DNA of 32,284 nucleotides from positions 202,463 to 234,746 of the forward strand of contig CAYVYK010000001.1 in assembly GCA_964455675.1 (NCBI GenBank), written 5' to 3'. The position numbers were made by a program, and so were the translations under genes. Each line of letters starts with the position of its first letter. Position 1 is the first letter of the stretch. The notes beneath the pieces were generated by a model. The model saw only the letters and a program-made list of their open reading frames with translations. It searched no databases and was not told the origin of the DNA. Below, in pieces: positions 17,426 to 25,979 of this stretch. This DNA comes from an uncultured Methanosarcinales archaeon (GTDB lineage: Archaea; Nanobdellota; Nanobdellia; Woesearchaeales; CAYVYK01).

Positions 17426-18231
17426 TGTGCATAGACCTTTTCTGTGCCTATCTTGTCAAGGGCTGATTTTGTGAAGAGTGTCATTCTTCCTGCCTGTAGT
17501 CCAGGAGCGAGGTGGAGTACATTGATCTGGTTGTACAGCACGACAGTTACTCCAGGGAGTCCTGACGCTGCTTTCATGAGTGGGCATTTTGCGGAAACAA
17601 CGACGAGCGGTCCTTTTTTCTTACGGTATGGCCGATTGCGCATTTTTCCGTGACCCGCGCGGATGGTTTTTTCGCTGGATCTTGAAAGTTCATCTTCCAT
17701 CCCAAGTGTGACAAATGCCGCGTAGACATCCTTCGTCTTTGCGATCTGTTCGATAGAATCGTCAAGCGCAAATGGGTAAATGTCGGGCACTTTATGTCCG
17801 TGCATGACTACGAGTGTTTTGTCAACTGTTGCAGCAAGTCCCGATCTGATTGCTTTCTGGTTTTCCTTTTGATTGATCTTCTTCTTCCAGTTCTTCCACG
17901 ATTTTGGTGGGTGTGCTTCGCGTCCGCCGACGGTATTTGGTGACAGTGCTCCCTGCCAGTTCATGTGCGTTCCGCTTCTGCTCATGACTTTTCGTGGGAC
18001 ACGCGAGATTCCATGTCCGTAAGATCCGCGGTAATTGCGTCTGCGCTTTGATACTGCGGTGCTTTTGCGCTTTCCGGCGAATGGGTCCGTTCCATACGGT
18101 TGCCTGTTATTTGATTGGATTGCATGCGCTGCTTTCGCAATGAGGTCTGAACGCACTGGTTCGGAGAACTGTGGTGGTAGCTTGACGCTTCCCTTTTCCT
18201 GCTTGTCCTTTGCGTAGACTTTGAGATTCAT
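17422..18231 (-). CDS. rpl4: 50S ribosomal protein uL4
   Basis: GISRVPR, VGGREAHPPK, RAGHGKMRNR, LAPG..AGR. Confidence 0.98.
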   Translation of the reverse strand: MNLKVYAKDKQEKGSVKLPPQFSEPVRSDLIAKAAHAIQSNNRQPYGTDPFAGKRKSTAVSKRRRNYRGSYGHGISRVPRKVMSRSGTHMNWQGALSPNTVGGREAHPPKSWKNWKKKINQKENQKAIRSGLAATVDKTLVVMHGHKVPDIYPFALDDSIEQIAKTKDVYAAFVTLGMEDELSRSSEKTIRAGHGKMRNRPYRKKKGPLVVVSAKCPLMKAASGLPGVTVVLYNQINVLHLAPGLQAGRMTLFTKSALDKIGTEKVYAQ

Positions 18232-18233
18232 GG

Positions 18234-19202
18234 TTATGCTCCTTGGTGAGTTTCTGTGTGGATGTACGTGACCTCAAATGGCTGTGTGCTTACCTTCTTA
18301 TTTGGTCGTATAGGCAAGTTCAATCGGAGGATGCGTTTTGACGCTCCGGCGATTGATCCATGGATGAGAATGAAAGGATTCTTGACGACACCATATCGGA
18401 CAAATCCTCCCTTCGGGTTGACCCGTTCGGGTTTGGATGAAATGAGAATGACCTGTTTGTTGTATTCGGTACGGAGATGGTATCCCATCTTTCCCGCATG
18501 CGCAACGCGGTACATGTAATGGGGTTGTGCGCACCAAGCGCCAAGGCTTCCTGGTCCTCGCTTTGTTTTTTCGGATTTATGCCGTCTGACAGGCACGCCA
18601 AAGCGCTTAACTGGGCCCTGCATGCCTTTTCCTTTTGTAACGGCGTGAATATCGATAAATTGGCCCTCTTTGAATATGTCTTCAATCTTGATTTCGGCGC
18701 CAAGGTGCTGCTTCGCATACTCAAGTCTTTCCTCCTTGTTTTTTCCGCCGACGGCGATCTCGAATATGTCTGGTTTTTTCTTGCCGATGCCGATGAGGCG
18801 CGGTTGTGTGTAGACAAGGACCATAATGTCATCGAAATCTTTTTCGAATGGTGCGGCTTGTTTCTTTCGCACCGGTATCTTCCGCGTAATTTCTTTATCG
18901 AGCTTTTCAGCCCATTGTTCTCCGATGCATATTGAGTATTTGTAGAATCTGATGGCTGCCACCTTGAGTGGCGGGCATTCAACAACCGTGACGGGAAGTG
19001 AGATGGTCATTCCCTTCGTGAGGGAGTTTGGTCGTGGATCCTTGACCATAATGTGGGTCATCCCGACCTTATATCCGCCAAATCCGAGGGGTTTTGTTTC
19101 GGTTATGGTAGGCCATGACCTGATGCGGGCGTAATGCCTTTGAGCTTTCACTCTAGGCCAAAACTGCATGCTTCCATGTCGTGGTCCCATTACTTGTCCC
19201 AT
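18234..19202 (-). CDS. rpl3: 50S ribosomal protein uL3
   Basis: PRHGSMQFWPR, GYKVGMTH, TKGKGMQGPVKRFG, GKMGYHLRTEYNK, NPKGGF..YG. Confidence 0.98.
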   Translation of the reverse strand: MGQVMGPRHGSMQFWPRVKAQRHYARIRSWPTITETKPLGFGGYKVGMTHIMVKDPRPNSLTKGMTISLPVTVVECPPLKVAAIRFYKYSICIGEQWAEKLDKEITRKIPVRKKQAAPFEKDFDDIMVLVYTQPRLIGIGKKKPDIFEIAVGGKNKEERLEYAKQHLGAEIKIEDIFKEGQFIDIHAVTKGKGMQGPVKRFGVPVRRHKSEKTKRGPGSLGAWCAQPHYMYRVAHAGKMGYHLRTEYNKQVILISSKPERVNPKGGFVRYGVVKNPFILIHGSIAGASKRILRLNLPIRPNKKVSTQPFEVTYIHTETHQGA

Positions 19203-19345
19203 TGTTGGTCCTCAGAGGGATATACCTATATCCCGTGTATGCACGGAAAAAGAGCCTTTTGGTGGCCGTTTTTGTGAGAATACACGTTGAAAACGGTCTT
19301 TTCAGGCTGTGTGTTTCCTATATCAAATCTGTATTTGATATGCGC
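19203..19345 (-). promoter_or_regulatory. Structured 5' leader of the uL3 operon (candidate r-leader)
   Basis: Inverted repeats 19217-19224/19227-19234, 19233-19237/19242-19246, 19253-19257/19304-19308 enclosing 19266-19272/19290-19296, and 19320-19328/19333-19341. Confidence 0.5.
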
Positions 19346-19368
19346 TCTTGTCGAGAAGTTGGGGGCCC

Positions 19369-19376
19369 TTTATAAA
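19369..19376 (-). promoter_or_regulatory. TATA box of the ribosomal protein operon
   Basis: TTTATAAA, the clearest TATA in the 260-bp gap upstream of uL3. Confidence 0.55.
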
Positions 19377-19462
19377 GCTATCGTTGGCCTCGTTTTTTAC
19401 TGTTATGGCCCACGTTTTATTCAGAGCTTATAGGTGCGTTGATTGTCGTTATCTTTTGCTTA

Positions 19463-21019
19463 TCATTGCTTATCTATAGTGCTTGGTATAGTGCTCGGCT
19501 TCGTACTCGGTGCTTTTGCTTTTTTAGGTTTAGCTATAGGTTTTGACGCCATTCTTGCTCGAAGCTTTGCGTACTGTACAGGATTTTTAATTCTCTTGCA
19601 GAGGCCGTCAGGATGGCATACCCCGATTCCCACATAATACATTTGGTTGTTGCAGTTGGGTGGCAGGACTTTCTTCTTTTGTTGTTTGTGGTATCGTATG
19701 TGGCCGACGATGGCTTGCTGCCGTAGTGGTTCTTGATTTTTTGTGTTCCACTCTTGCAGGCGTTTTTCCACCATCTCATAGTCCCACCCAACCGATGTGA
19801 GGAAGTTGACGAGGACAAAGAGTGATCGTTTTCTTCCATCCTTCACTCCTTTGAGGATTTGTGCTATGCAGGGAGGGAAGAACGCTTCAGGGATTGCCTC
19901 GGTTATTTCATCCCATTTCGCTTCCTTTGCTACCTCTTCTTCGAGGATCACTGGCTTGTAATCAAAGGATTCGACAAGGAGTCTGCTTGCTTCTCCTGCC
20001 GTGCTTTTCGTGCGGTCAAGGAACCTGATCGATGGCGCAAGTATTTTGTCGACGCGTGCATCTTCTTTGGAGAATGCAAGGATTCTGGCAGGATCGATGG
20101 GTAGTGAGATGAGCCCTGATTTTTCGTGGAGTGAATAACTTGATCTGTAGAGGTGTCGGGACGCGATGAGGATTGTATCGACCTGGATGACGCTATATGG
20201 ATCGAATACTTCTTCATACTTGTGGCTTCCGCAGCTGCACTTATGTGGTATGCTGCTTTTTTCCATGAAGACGTTACACCGGGGACACTTCATATAGGAT
20301 TCTTCGCTCACGATGCGGCTCTCGCATTGCGGGCAGATGAATTCGGTTGTGATCTTCTTTTCCTTCCATGGCTTTGCGCATTTTGCGCAGATGGTGTGCG
20401 TGAGTGGAGTGCCGAATTGTTGCGAGAGCTCGGTGATGATGAATGTTGATTCCTGCTCATTGAATCGGAATCGTAGCTTGCCATTATCGATGCTGACATA
20501 TTTTTTTGTGACATACTCGAGAAGATAGCTTGCGATTCTGCGTGGGCCGTCGGGAAAAAGGAGGCTTGTTGCTTCTCCTCCAATGCGTTCGGGAAAGCTT
20601 TCAAAGGGTACTCCGATATGAAACCCCTTGTTACCTGAAAATTTGATGCTCACATTGCGAACACCATGCTCGCGGATCGCAAGGACGAGTGCATGCGCGA
20701 GGGTTTTGGCTAATTCCCATACTGGGCAGTCGATATCAAGAACGAGGTCCCATCCCTTGCGGAGTTGTTCTTGGTCGGCTTTTTTCATTTCTGGAGAGAG
20801 CTGCAGGGGATTTCGCCATAATTCTTCTGATAGATGAAAACTGGTGACTTTTTGCCTCGCGAATTCCATGACGTCTTGGGGGTATTTGAGAACGTCGGGT
20901 CGTTTGCCAAATGCGTCTGCGATTCGTACTCCTACTTCTTTGTCGCGTGCTTCAAGAACGATTGTCTCCTGGACCCATCGCTGCGAGTAGTATGTGAGGG
21001 GCAGCATCGGATTGAGCAT
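19463..21019 (-). CDS. priS: Fused DNA primase PriS-PriL (DPANN type) with Zn-ribbon insertion
   Basis: AEP motifs WDLVLDID, FSGNKGFHI and D...RHLYR...HEKSGL; C-terminal PriL Fe-S domain PPCI...PPNC...CHPDGLC..IKNPV. Confidence 0.92.
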   Translation of the reverse strand: MLNPMLPLTYYSQRWVQETIVLEARDKEVGVRIADAFGKRPDVLKYPQDVMEFARQKVTSFHLSEELWRNPLQLSPEMKKADQEQLRKGWDLVLDIDCPVWELAKTLAHALVLAIREHGVRNVSIKFSGNKGFHIGVPFESFPERIGGEATSLLFPDGPRRIASYLLEYVTKKYVSIDNGKLRFRFNEQESTFIITELSQQFGTPLTHTICAKCAKPWKEKKITTEFICPQCESRIVSEESYMKCPRCNVFMEKSSIPHKCSCGSHKYEEVFDPYSVIQVDTILIASRHLYRSSYSLHEKSGLISLPIDPARILAFSKEDARVDKILAPSIRFLDRTKSTAGEASRLLVESFDYKPVILEEEVAKEAKWDEITEAIPEAFFPPCIAQILKGVKDGRKRSLFVLVNFLTSVGWDYEMVEKRLQEWNTKNQEPLRQQAIVGHIRYHKQQKKKVLPPNCNNQMYYVGIGVCHPDGLCKRIKNPVQYAKLRARMASKPIAKPKKAKAPSTKPSTIPSTIDKQ

Positions 21020-21033
21020 GGATGACGGTATAC

Positions 21034-21048
21034 TTTTATACTATAAAA
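21034..21048. promoter_or_regulatory. Symmetric bidirectional TATA element TTTTATA-C-TATAAAA
   Basis: Perfect inverted repeat centred at 21041, 22 nt from both divergent ATGs (21019 and 21063). Confidence 0.65.
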
Positions 21049-21062
21049 ATTCGTAGCTCCGT

Positions 21063-21437
21063 ATGTGTCCTGTGCTCGATCCGCAGGTTTATGGCGATCT
21101 GGTTTGTCATCTTGATCGTCTACGAGAATCTGATACCCTATGCATTGTTGAGGGAAAGAAAGACAAGGCTGCGTTGGAGTCATTTGGTCTTCAGAGAATT
21201 ATAATGTTGTATCATTCCCCTTTGTTTGCGATCGTGGAATCCATCCCGGCAGAGTGTCATAAAGTCGCGATCCTGACTGATCTTGATACTGAAGGTAGAT
21301 CGCTCTACCGTCGCCTGAGTAAAGAGCTCGAGCGGCGGGGGATCCAGATTGATGACGGCTTCCGGCTGTTCCTTTTTAAGGAGACGAAGCTGCGTCAGAT
21401 CGAGAGCTTAAGGACGGTGCACCAAGGATCGCTGTAG
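21063..21437 (+). CDS. Small stand-alone Toprim-domain protein (RNase M5/primase-like)
   Basis: Toprim motifs IVEGKKDK and ILTDLDTEG; about 124 aa, typical of archaeal solo Toprim proteins. Confidence 0.88.
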   Translation: MCPVLDPQVYGDLVCHLDRLRESDTLCIVEGKKDKAALESFGLQRIIMLYHSPLFAIVESIPAECHKVAILTDLDTEGRSLYRRLSKELERRGIQIDDGFRLFLFKETKLRQIESLRTVHQGSL

Positions 21438-22831
21438 ACGGTTGTGGCATGATCCGTGATCCTCTCTTGGAGGTTTTTTGCGCTCGTTATGACGACAAAT
21501 TGAGAGTCAAAGTCTGCTATAATATACTCTTCTGCATCCTCGGGCGGATTATTGATGAGACCAAACCACATCTTGAATTTGGTTGCGTTGTGTGCGTAGC
21601 CAAACGTCGGATCAAGGCCATAGACATACCTGTTGTGAGTGTTGAGATGCAGGAAGTACGGGAAGAGAAACCATTCATCATGGTATACAATGCTTCCTTC
21701 TGGGCTTGCGGCTTTGAGCGCGTTCATACATCCTTCGTAGCGGTACGGTGAGTACGGGTAGTCTTTGATGATGGTGGTGAGCCGTGGATAGCTGATGGTG
21801 ATGGTGACTAGGGCAGCGATTCCAAGCACGGCAACTATGAGTTTTGCTTTTTGCTGGTGCACCTGGGATAGTGTCAATGCTGCGAAGGGGATGATAACAA
21901 AGGGCAGATACTCGATGAACCTCTTTGACATGAATGAAAGTCCAAGGTACATGATGCTTATGACAAGGAAGAAGATTTCTCTGCGATGTTTTTTTGGTTG
22001 ATGAATGATGTTCTTGCCAGCGTAGACTACTCCAATGATGAGTGCAATGAGGAGTACTCCTGTTTGGAGGATGAATGCTAAGGGAGTTAATGCATGCCAC
22101 TCAAGTCCTTGGACAACGGTTGGGAACAGGAAATTGCCGAATGTTTGGATATACCATGTCCCGTAAGAATGTGGGCTGTAAGGATAGAGGAAAAATCCTG
22201 CAATCATGCCTGCCATGGGATAGGCAACCATCTTGATATCAATTCGTTTGTGAATAGTAAGGGTAATTGACCCGATCACTGCATAGATTCCCAGGAGTGG
22301 GAACGCGGGATAAAGCCATGCGCAAAGGAATCCGAGTATTCCTGAGAGGATATACTTTCGATTGAGGAGAGTCATGAGAAACAGGATGCTTACGCAGATG
22401 AAAAGTGATACTCCCTTCGAGAACTGGATTCTGATAAGGAACCCGTAGCTGCTGCAGAGCGCGATGAGCGACCAAAGCGCCGCATGCTTGACCTTGAGTT
22501 GTACAAGGAGTATATAGAGCAGTGCGATGCTGAGGCTTGCGAAGAATACTTGGCTGATCTTCATGCCTAGTTCCGTTGGTAGGAGCGTAAACGGGATGAG
22601 GATGAAGTGGTAGAGAAACTGCAGGTCAACAAATTCTCCTGGTGGGAAATTTCCTGTTAAATAATCGAAGTTATGGAGCACAAGAGCTCGTGTGCGCATG
22701 AATTCTGCTATCGTGTAATGATAGTACGCATCTTGGTCGAACGCAAGCGGTGTGGAGAATTGGATACTCGCGAGAAAGAGGAATACCCCAATAAGAATGA
22801 CCGCAAGCGTAATGGTTTCCCGTTTCATCAT
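21395..22831 (-). CDS. Polytopic membrane protein, probable GT-C fold glycosyltransferase (ArnT/PMT/STT3-like)
   Basis: First loop DQDAYYH, many TM segments, EW and KRFIEY motifs, C-terminal soluble domain. Start overlaps the upstream stop (ATGA). Confidence 0.65.
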   Translation of the reverse strand: MMKRETITLAVILIGVFLFLASIQFSTPLAFDQDAYYHYTIAEFMRTRALVLHNFDYLTGNFPPGEFVDLQFLYHFILIPFTLLPTELGMKISQVFFASLSIALLYILLVQLKVKHAALWSLIALCSSYGFLIRIQFSKGVSLFICVSILFLMTLLNRKYILSGILGFLCAWLYPAFPLLGIYAVIGSITLTIHKRIDIKMVAYPMAGMIAGFFLYPYSPHSYGTWYIQTFGNFLFPTVVQGLEWHALTPLAFILQTGVLLIALIIGVVYAGKNIIHQPKKHRREIFFLVISIMYLGLSFMSKRFIEYLPFVIIPFAALTLSQVHQQKAKLIVAVLGIAALVTITISYPRLTTIIKDYPYSPYRYEGCMNALKAASPEGSIVYHDEWFLFPYFLHLNTHNRYVYGLDPTFGYAHNATKFKMWFGLINNPPEDAEEYIIADFDSQFVVITSAKNLQERITDHATTVYSDPWCTVLKLSI

Positions 22832-24030
22832 TCAAACTCGATTGTAATGCCTTCCTTCGGTTTGAAGTCGAACTTGTAATATTTCTGTTCGATGAGTTTT
22901 CCGCCTTTCATCTTCTTGACGGAGATGAGCTTCTCGACGTTGACTCCTTCTTCCTTGAGCGCAAAGTGTACGGATCCGTCCATGATCTGCTCAAATGAGC
23001 TTACAGTCTCTTCGGTTCCGATCCCTTTATCGAGCTGGAATATCGCGGTGATGTTGAGGTTGTGGAAGAATTCGATGAGGTCTGAAACAAACCGATAAAC
23101 AATCTGTGGGCTCCACATCATGAGCGCTTGGGAGATGACGTTGATGTATATTCTCGTGTGCTTCTTGCTTGCCTTTTGCGTGTCTTCAACGATTTTTTTG
23201 ATGTAATAGATATCCCGGAATTGCATGCCTGGCGATTGGTAGATCACTGACGGGTCTTTTCTTCCCGCCGTTTCGGCAAGGAGCCGTATGTAGAGCAGCT
23301 TTTTTTTGCGCTCATGATTGCCGACGTTGTATCCAAGGGTTTTGAATCCGTTTCTGATCTCCTTGATGGACTCATTTGCGCATACGTATAAGCAGCTGTC
23401 TCCCTCCTCAAGGCCTTCCCAAAGGAAGCTAAACGCGAGGAGTGTTTTTCCAGCTCCGGGCGGGCCGTAGACGAGTACGCTTCCTCCTTGGGGAAATCCT
23501 CCTCCGAGTATCGCGTCAAAGTCTTTTGATCCTGTGCTTGCCCGGTTGTGGATTGTTTTGATCGTCTGGAGTTTTCGGAGTATTTCTTTATGCTTCTGTT
23601 GGTAGCTCGTGATGCTGAGTTTCTTCTGTTCAAGGTCGGTAACAAGCTGTTGTTCCATCTTGAGTGTCTCGTTTACGATGTCTGTTTCGGTGATGATGCC
23701 ATCTGCTTTGCCCATCTTTCCGACAAATACCCTGCGAAGGCCGTTTCTTTTCATGAGAGCGATAACATCATAGAGATCCTCGTTTGGATCGACCATGTGA
23801 AATTGTGAGTCCATGAGGTCCTTGACTGTAGTTTTTTTTGGGTCTCGTCCTGTTGCGAGCACTTCACGGACAAGATCGCGCTCCGTCGTGACACCAATCA
23901 TTTTCCCTCTATGTTCGATAGAAACGCAGCTTACATGCTTTTCCGCAAGTAGCTTTGCGACCTCTGCTACGGTTGTTGTTTCCTGAACAGAAATCACCGG
24001 TGAAGCCATGAACTCCTTCGCTTTGGTCAT
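22828..24030 (-). CDS. CBS-pair + KaiC/RAD55-like ATPase fusion protein
   Basis: CBS repeats (FMASPVISV...GVTTERDL; LMD...GIITETDI), helical linker, then STG..DFDAILGGGFPQG...GPPGAGKT...DGSVHF...VKKMKG. Confidence 0.9.
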   Translation of the reverse strand: MTKAKEFMASPVISVQETTTVAEVAKLLAEKHVSCVSIEHRGKMIGVTTERDLVREVLATGRDPKKTTVKDLMDSQFHMVDPNEDLYDVIALMKRNGLRRVFVGKMGKADGIITETDIVNETLKMEQQLVTDLEQKKLSITSYQQKHKEILRKLQTIKTIHNRASTGSKDFDAILGGGFPQGGSVLVYGPPGAGKTLLAFSFLWEGLEEGDSCLYVCANESIKEIRNGFKTLGYNVGNHERKKKLLYIRLLAETAGRKDPSVIYQSPGMQFRDIYYIKKIVEDTQKASKKHTRIYINVISQALMMWSPQIVYRFVSDLIEFFHNLNITAIFQLDKGIGTEETVSSFEQIMDGSVHFALKEEGVNVEKLISVKKMKGGKLIEQKYYKFDFKPKEGITIEFE

Positions 24031-24121
24031 GCTTCCTTCTTCCGATTATTACTATTTAAATGTTGTGCGACTTGAGACGGATATCTGTTGGTCTGTCAAA
24101 GAATCTCTTGAGTGGTCGCGT

Positions 24122-24262
24122 TTATTCAATGACAAGTCCGCATTTTTTGCACACAATTTCAGAATGCTCAATAACCATCTCTGTACTCCCGCAGCTCGGG
24201 CATGCTGCTGGCTTGTCTTCTCCTTGAATGCCCTGGAATGAATGTGGTGTTTTCTGGCTCAC
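24122..24262 (-). CDS. Small stand-alone TFIIB-type zinc ribbon protein (46 aa)
   Basis: Manual translation from GTG 24262 (SD GGGAG, 2 nt after the gatA stop): MSQKTPHSFQGIQGEDKPAACPSCGSTEMVIEHSEIVCKKCGLVIE*. Below the size of ORFs listed in the track. Confidence 0.8.
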   Translation of the reverse strand: MSQKTPHSFQGIQGEDKPAACPSCGSTEMVIEHSEIVCKKCGLVIE

Positions 24263-24264
24263 GG

Positions 24265-25689
24265 TTACTCCCATGTCGGTGCGCGAAACTCTTTTGCGAG
24301 TGCGATGAGATTTCCTTCAGAGAGATGATTGCCGATGGCAAGCATGCCAACAGGCAGTCCTTTGCTTGTTCCAACGGGAACATTCATGTGCGGAAGTCCG
24401 GCAAGGTTGGGCCCGACGGTGAGGATGTCTGCCATGTAGTGGTGGAGCGGCGGCATTTGTTCGATCTCTGCTATTTTCGGCGGCAAGTACGGAGCCGTCG
24501 GGCAGATGAGGACGTCATACTTCTCGAATAATTTTTGGTATTCCTGGATGATGAGCGTTCGCACCTTCGCCGCCCTGATATAGTATGCGTCTCGGTATCC
24601 TGCCATGCGGGCGAATGTTCCGATCATGATGCGCCGTTTCGCTTCCTTTCCGAAGTGCTTGCTTCGTACGGCAGTGAAATACTGATTGAAGTTTCCTTCG
24701 ATTTTTTCCGATTTTCCATAGCGCAGGCCGCAGAGCTTCGCGAGATTTGTGCTTGCTTCGCTCGTGCTGAGAAAATAGTATGTTGGTATTCCATATTCGA
24801 CAGCTGTTGGTGTGGACACTTCGGCCGTGCGTGCTCCAAGCTCCTGGAGCTTTTCGATTCCTTTATGCACGGCGTTCTTAACTTCCTCCGTGACGTGCTC
24901 GCCAAATCCTTCCGTGATGATTCCGATCCTCATGCCTTTAAGGCTTTGCGTTAGGTACTTGTTATAATCCTCTGTTGGCGCGTTGAGGCTTGTGGAATCA
25001 TTTGGGTCGTATCCGCTTATGATAGAGAGGCTTGTTGCGATATCCTCGGCGTTTTTCGCAAGTGGCCCGATTTTGTCAAGTGAGTTTGCATAGTCGATGA
25101 GTCCGTACCGTGAAACCCTGCCGTACGTTGGGCAGAGACCAAACACGCCGCAGAATGATGCTGGGAATGCGATGCTTCCTCCTGTTGATTCTCCGTAGGA
25201 TATCATGGGATAGCTCGCTCTCTGCACGATGCCCGCAGCTCCTCCGCTGCTTCCTCCGCAGCTTCGTTCCTTGTCAAATGGATTTTTAGGTATCTCGAAT
25301 CCAAGGCCTACGTTCACATTGAATGCTCCAAATCCGAACTCGTCTTGATTTGTCTTGCCAAGGACCATCCCGCCCTTGTCCATCGCGCGCTGGACGCACG
25401 TTGCAGTAAATAGCGGTTTGTATCCTTCAAGGATTCTGCTTCCTGCTCTGCTTTCGATTCCTTGTACGACGATGGAATCCTTGATTGCAAGTGCTATGCC
25501 CGACAGCGGTGTTTGATGCTGTTCGTTCGTGCTTGCTTCTAGAAATTCCTGTTCGGATATAGTACAGAAATAATTGTGTGTCTTGTTGATTTTTTTAGTT
25601 TCAGTAAGGATTTTTTTTGCATACTCTGCTAGCGTAATATCTCCTTGTCGTACGGCTCGGCTGACCGATGTGATGGTCTGGTTTTTCAT
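24265..25689 (-). CDS. gatA: Asp-tRNA(Asn)/Glu-tRNA(Gln) amidotransferase subunit A
   Basis: Amidase signature IKD, GKTNQDEF, GGSSGG, STGGSI, PTYGRVSRYGL, KRRIMIGT, YY.RA.KVR; follows gatC. Confidence 0.93.
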   Translation of the reverse strand: MKNQTITSVSRAVRQGDITLAEYAKKILTETKKINKTHNYFCTISEQEFLEASTNEQHQTPLSGIALAIKDSIVVQGIESRAGSRILEGYKPLFTATCVQRAMDKGGMVLGKTNQDEFGFGAFNVNVGLGFEIPKNPFDKERSCGGSSGGAAGIVQRASYPMISYGESTGGSIAFPASFCGVFGLCPTYGRVSRYGLIDYANSLDKIGPLAKNAEDIATSLSIISGYDPNDSTSLNAPTEDYNKYLTQSLKGMRIGIITEGFGEHVTEEVKNAVHKGIEKLQELGARTAEVSTPTAVEYGIPTYYFLSTSEASTNLAKLCGLRYGKSEKIEGNFNQYFTAVRSKHFGKEAKRRIMIGTFARMAGYRDAYYIRAAKVRTLIIQEYQKLFEKYDVLICPTAPYLPPKIAEIEQMPPLHHYMADILTVGPNLAGLPHMNVPVGTSKGLPVGMLAIGNHLSEGNLIALAKEFRAPTWE

Positions 25690-25692
25690 GGC

Positions 25693-25977
25693 CTACACAG
25701 CGCGTGGTGCTTTGATGTATCCTCGAGCTTCCTGGTGCACGTTCGAGAGCGCATCCTTCTGTGGGATGGATGCTCGTGGCTCATCATCCCGTAGATGGTT
25801 CTTTAATTCGATCGGATGAAAGCTTGGTTCTATATTCTTGACGTTGGCTTGTTGGATCTTCTGGAATGATTCAAAAACTTCTTGGAGCTGTGGAACAAAC
25901 TCTTTCACTTCCTTGTCACTGAGTTCAATCTTGGCAAGTGTCGCAACGTGGCGTATAACGCTTTCATTGATTTCCAT
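25693..25977 (-). CDS. gatC: Amidotransferase subunit C
   Basis: Start ATG 25977: MEINESVIRHVATLAKIELS...LRDDE...ALSN...GYIKAPR. Confidence 0.92.
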   Translation of the reverse strand: MEINESVIRHVATLAKIELSDKEVKEFVPQLQEVFESFQKIQQANVKNIEPSFHPIELKNHLRDDEPRASIPQKDALSNVHQEARGYIKAPRAV

Positions 25978-25979
25978 GA

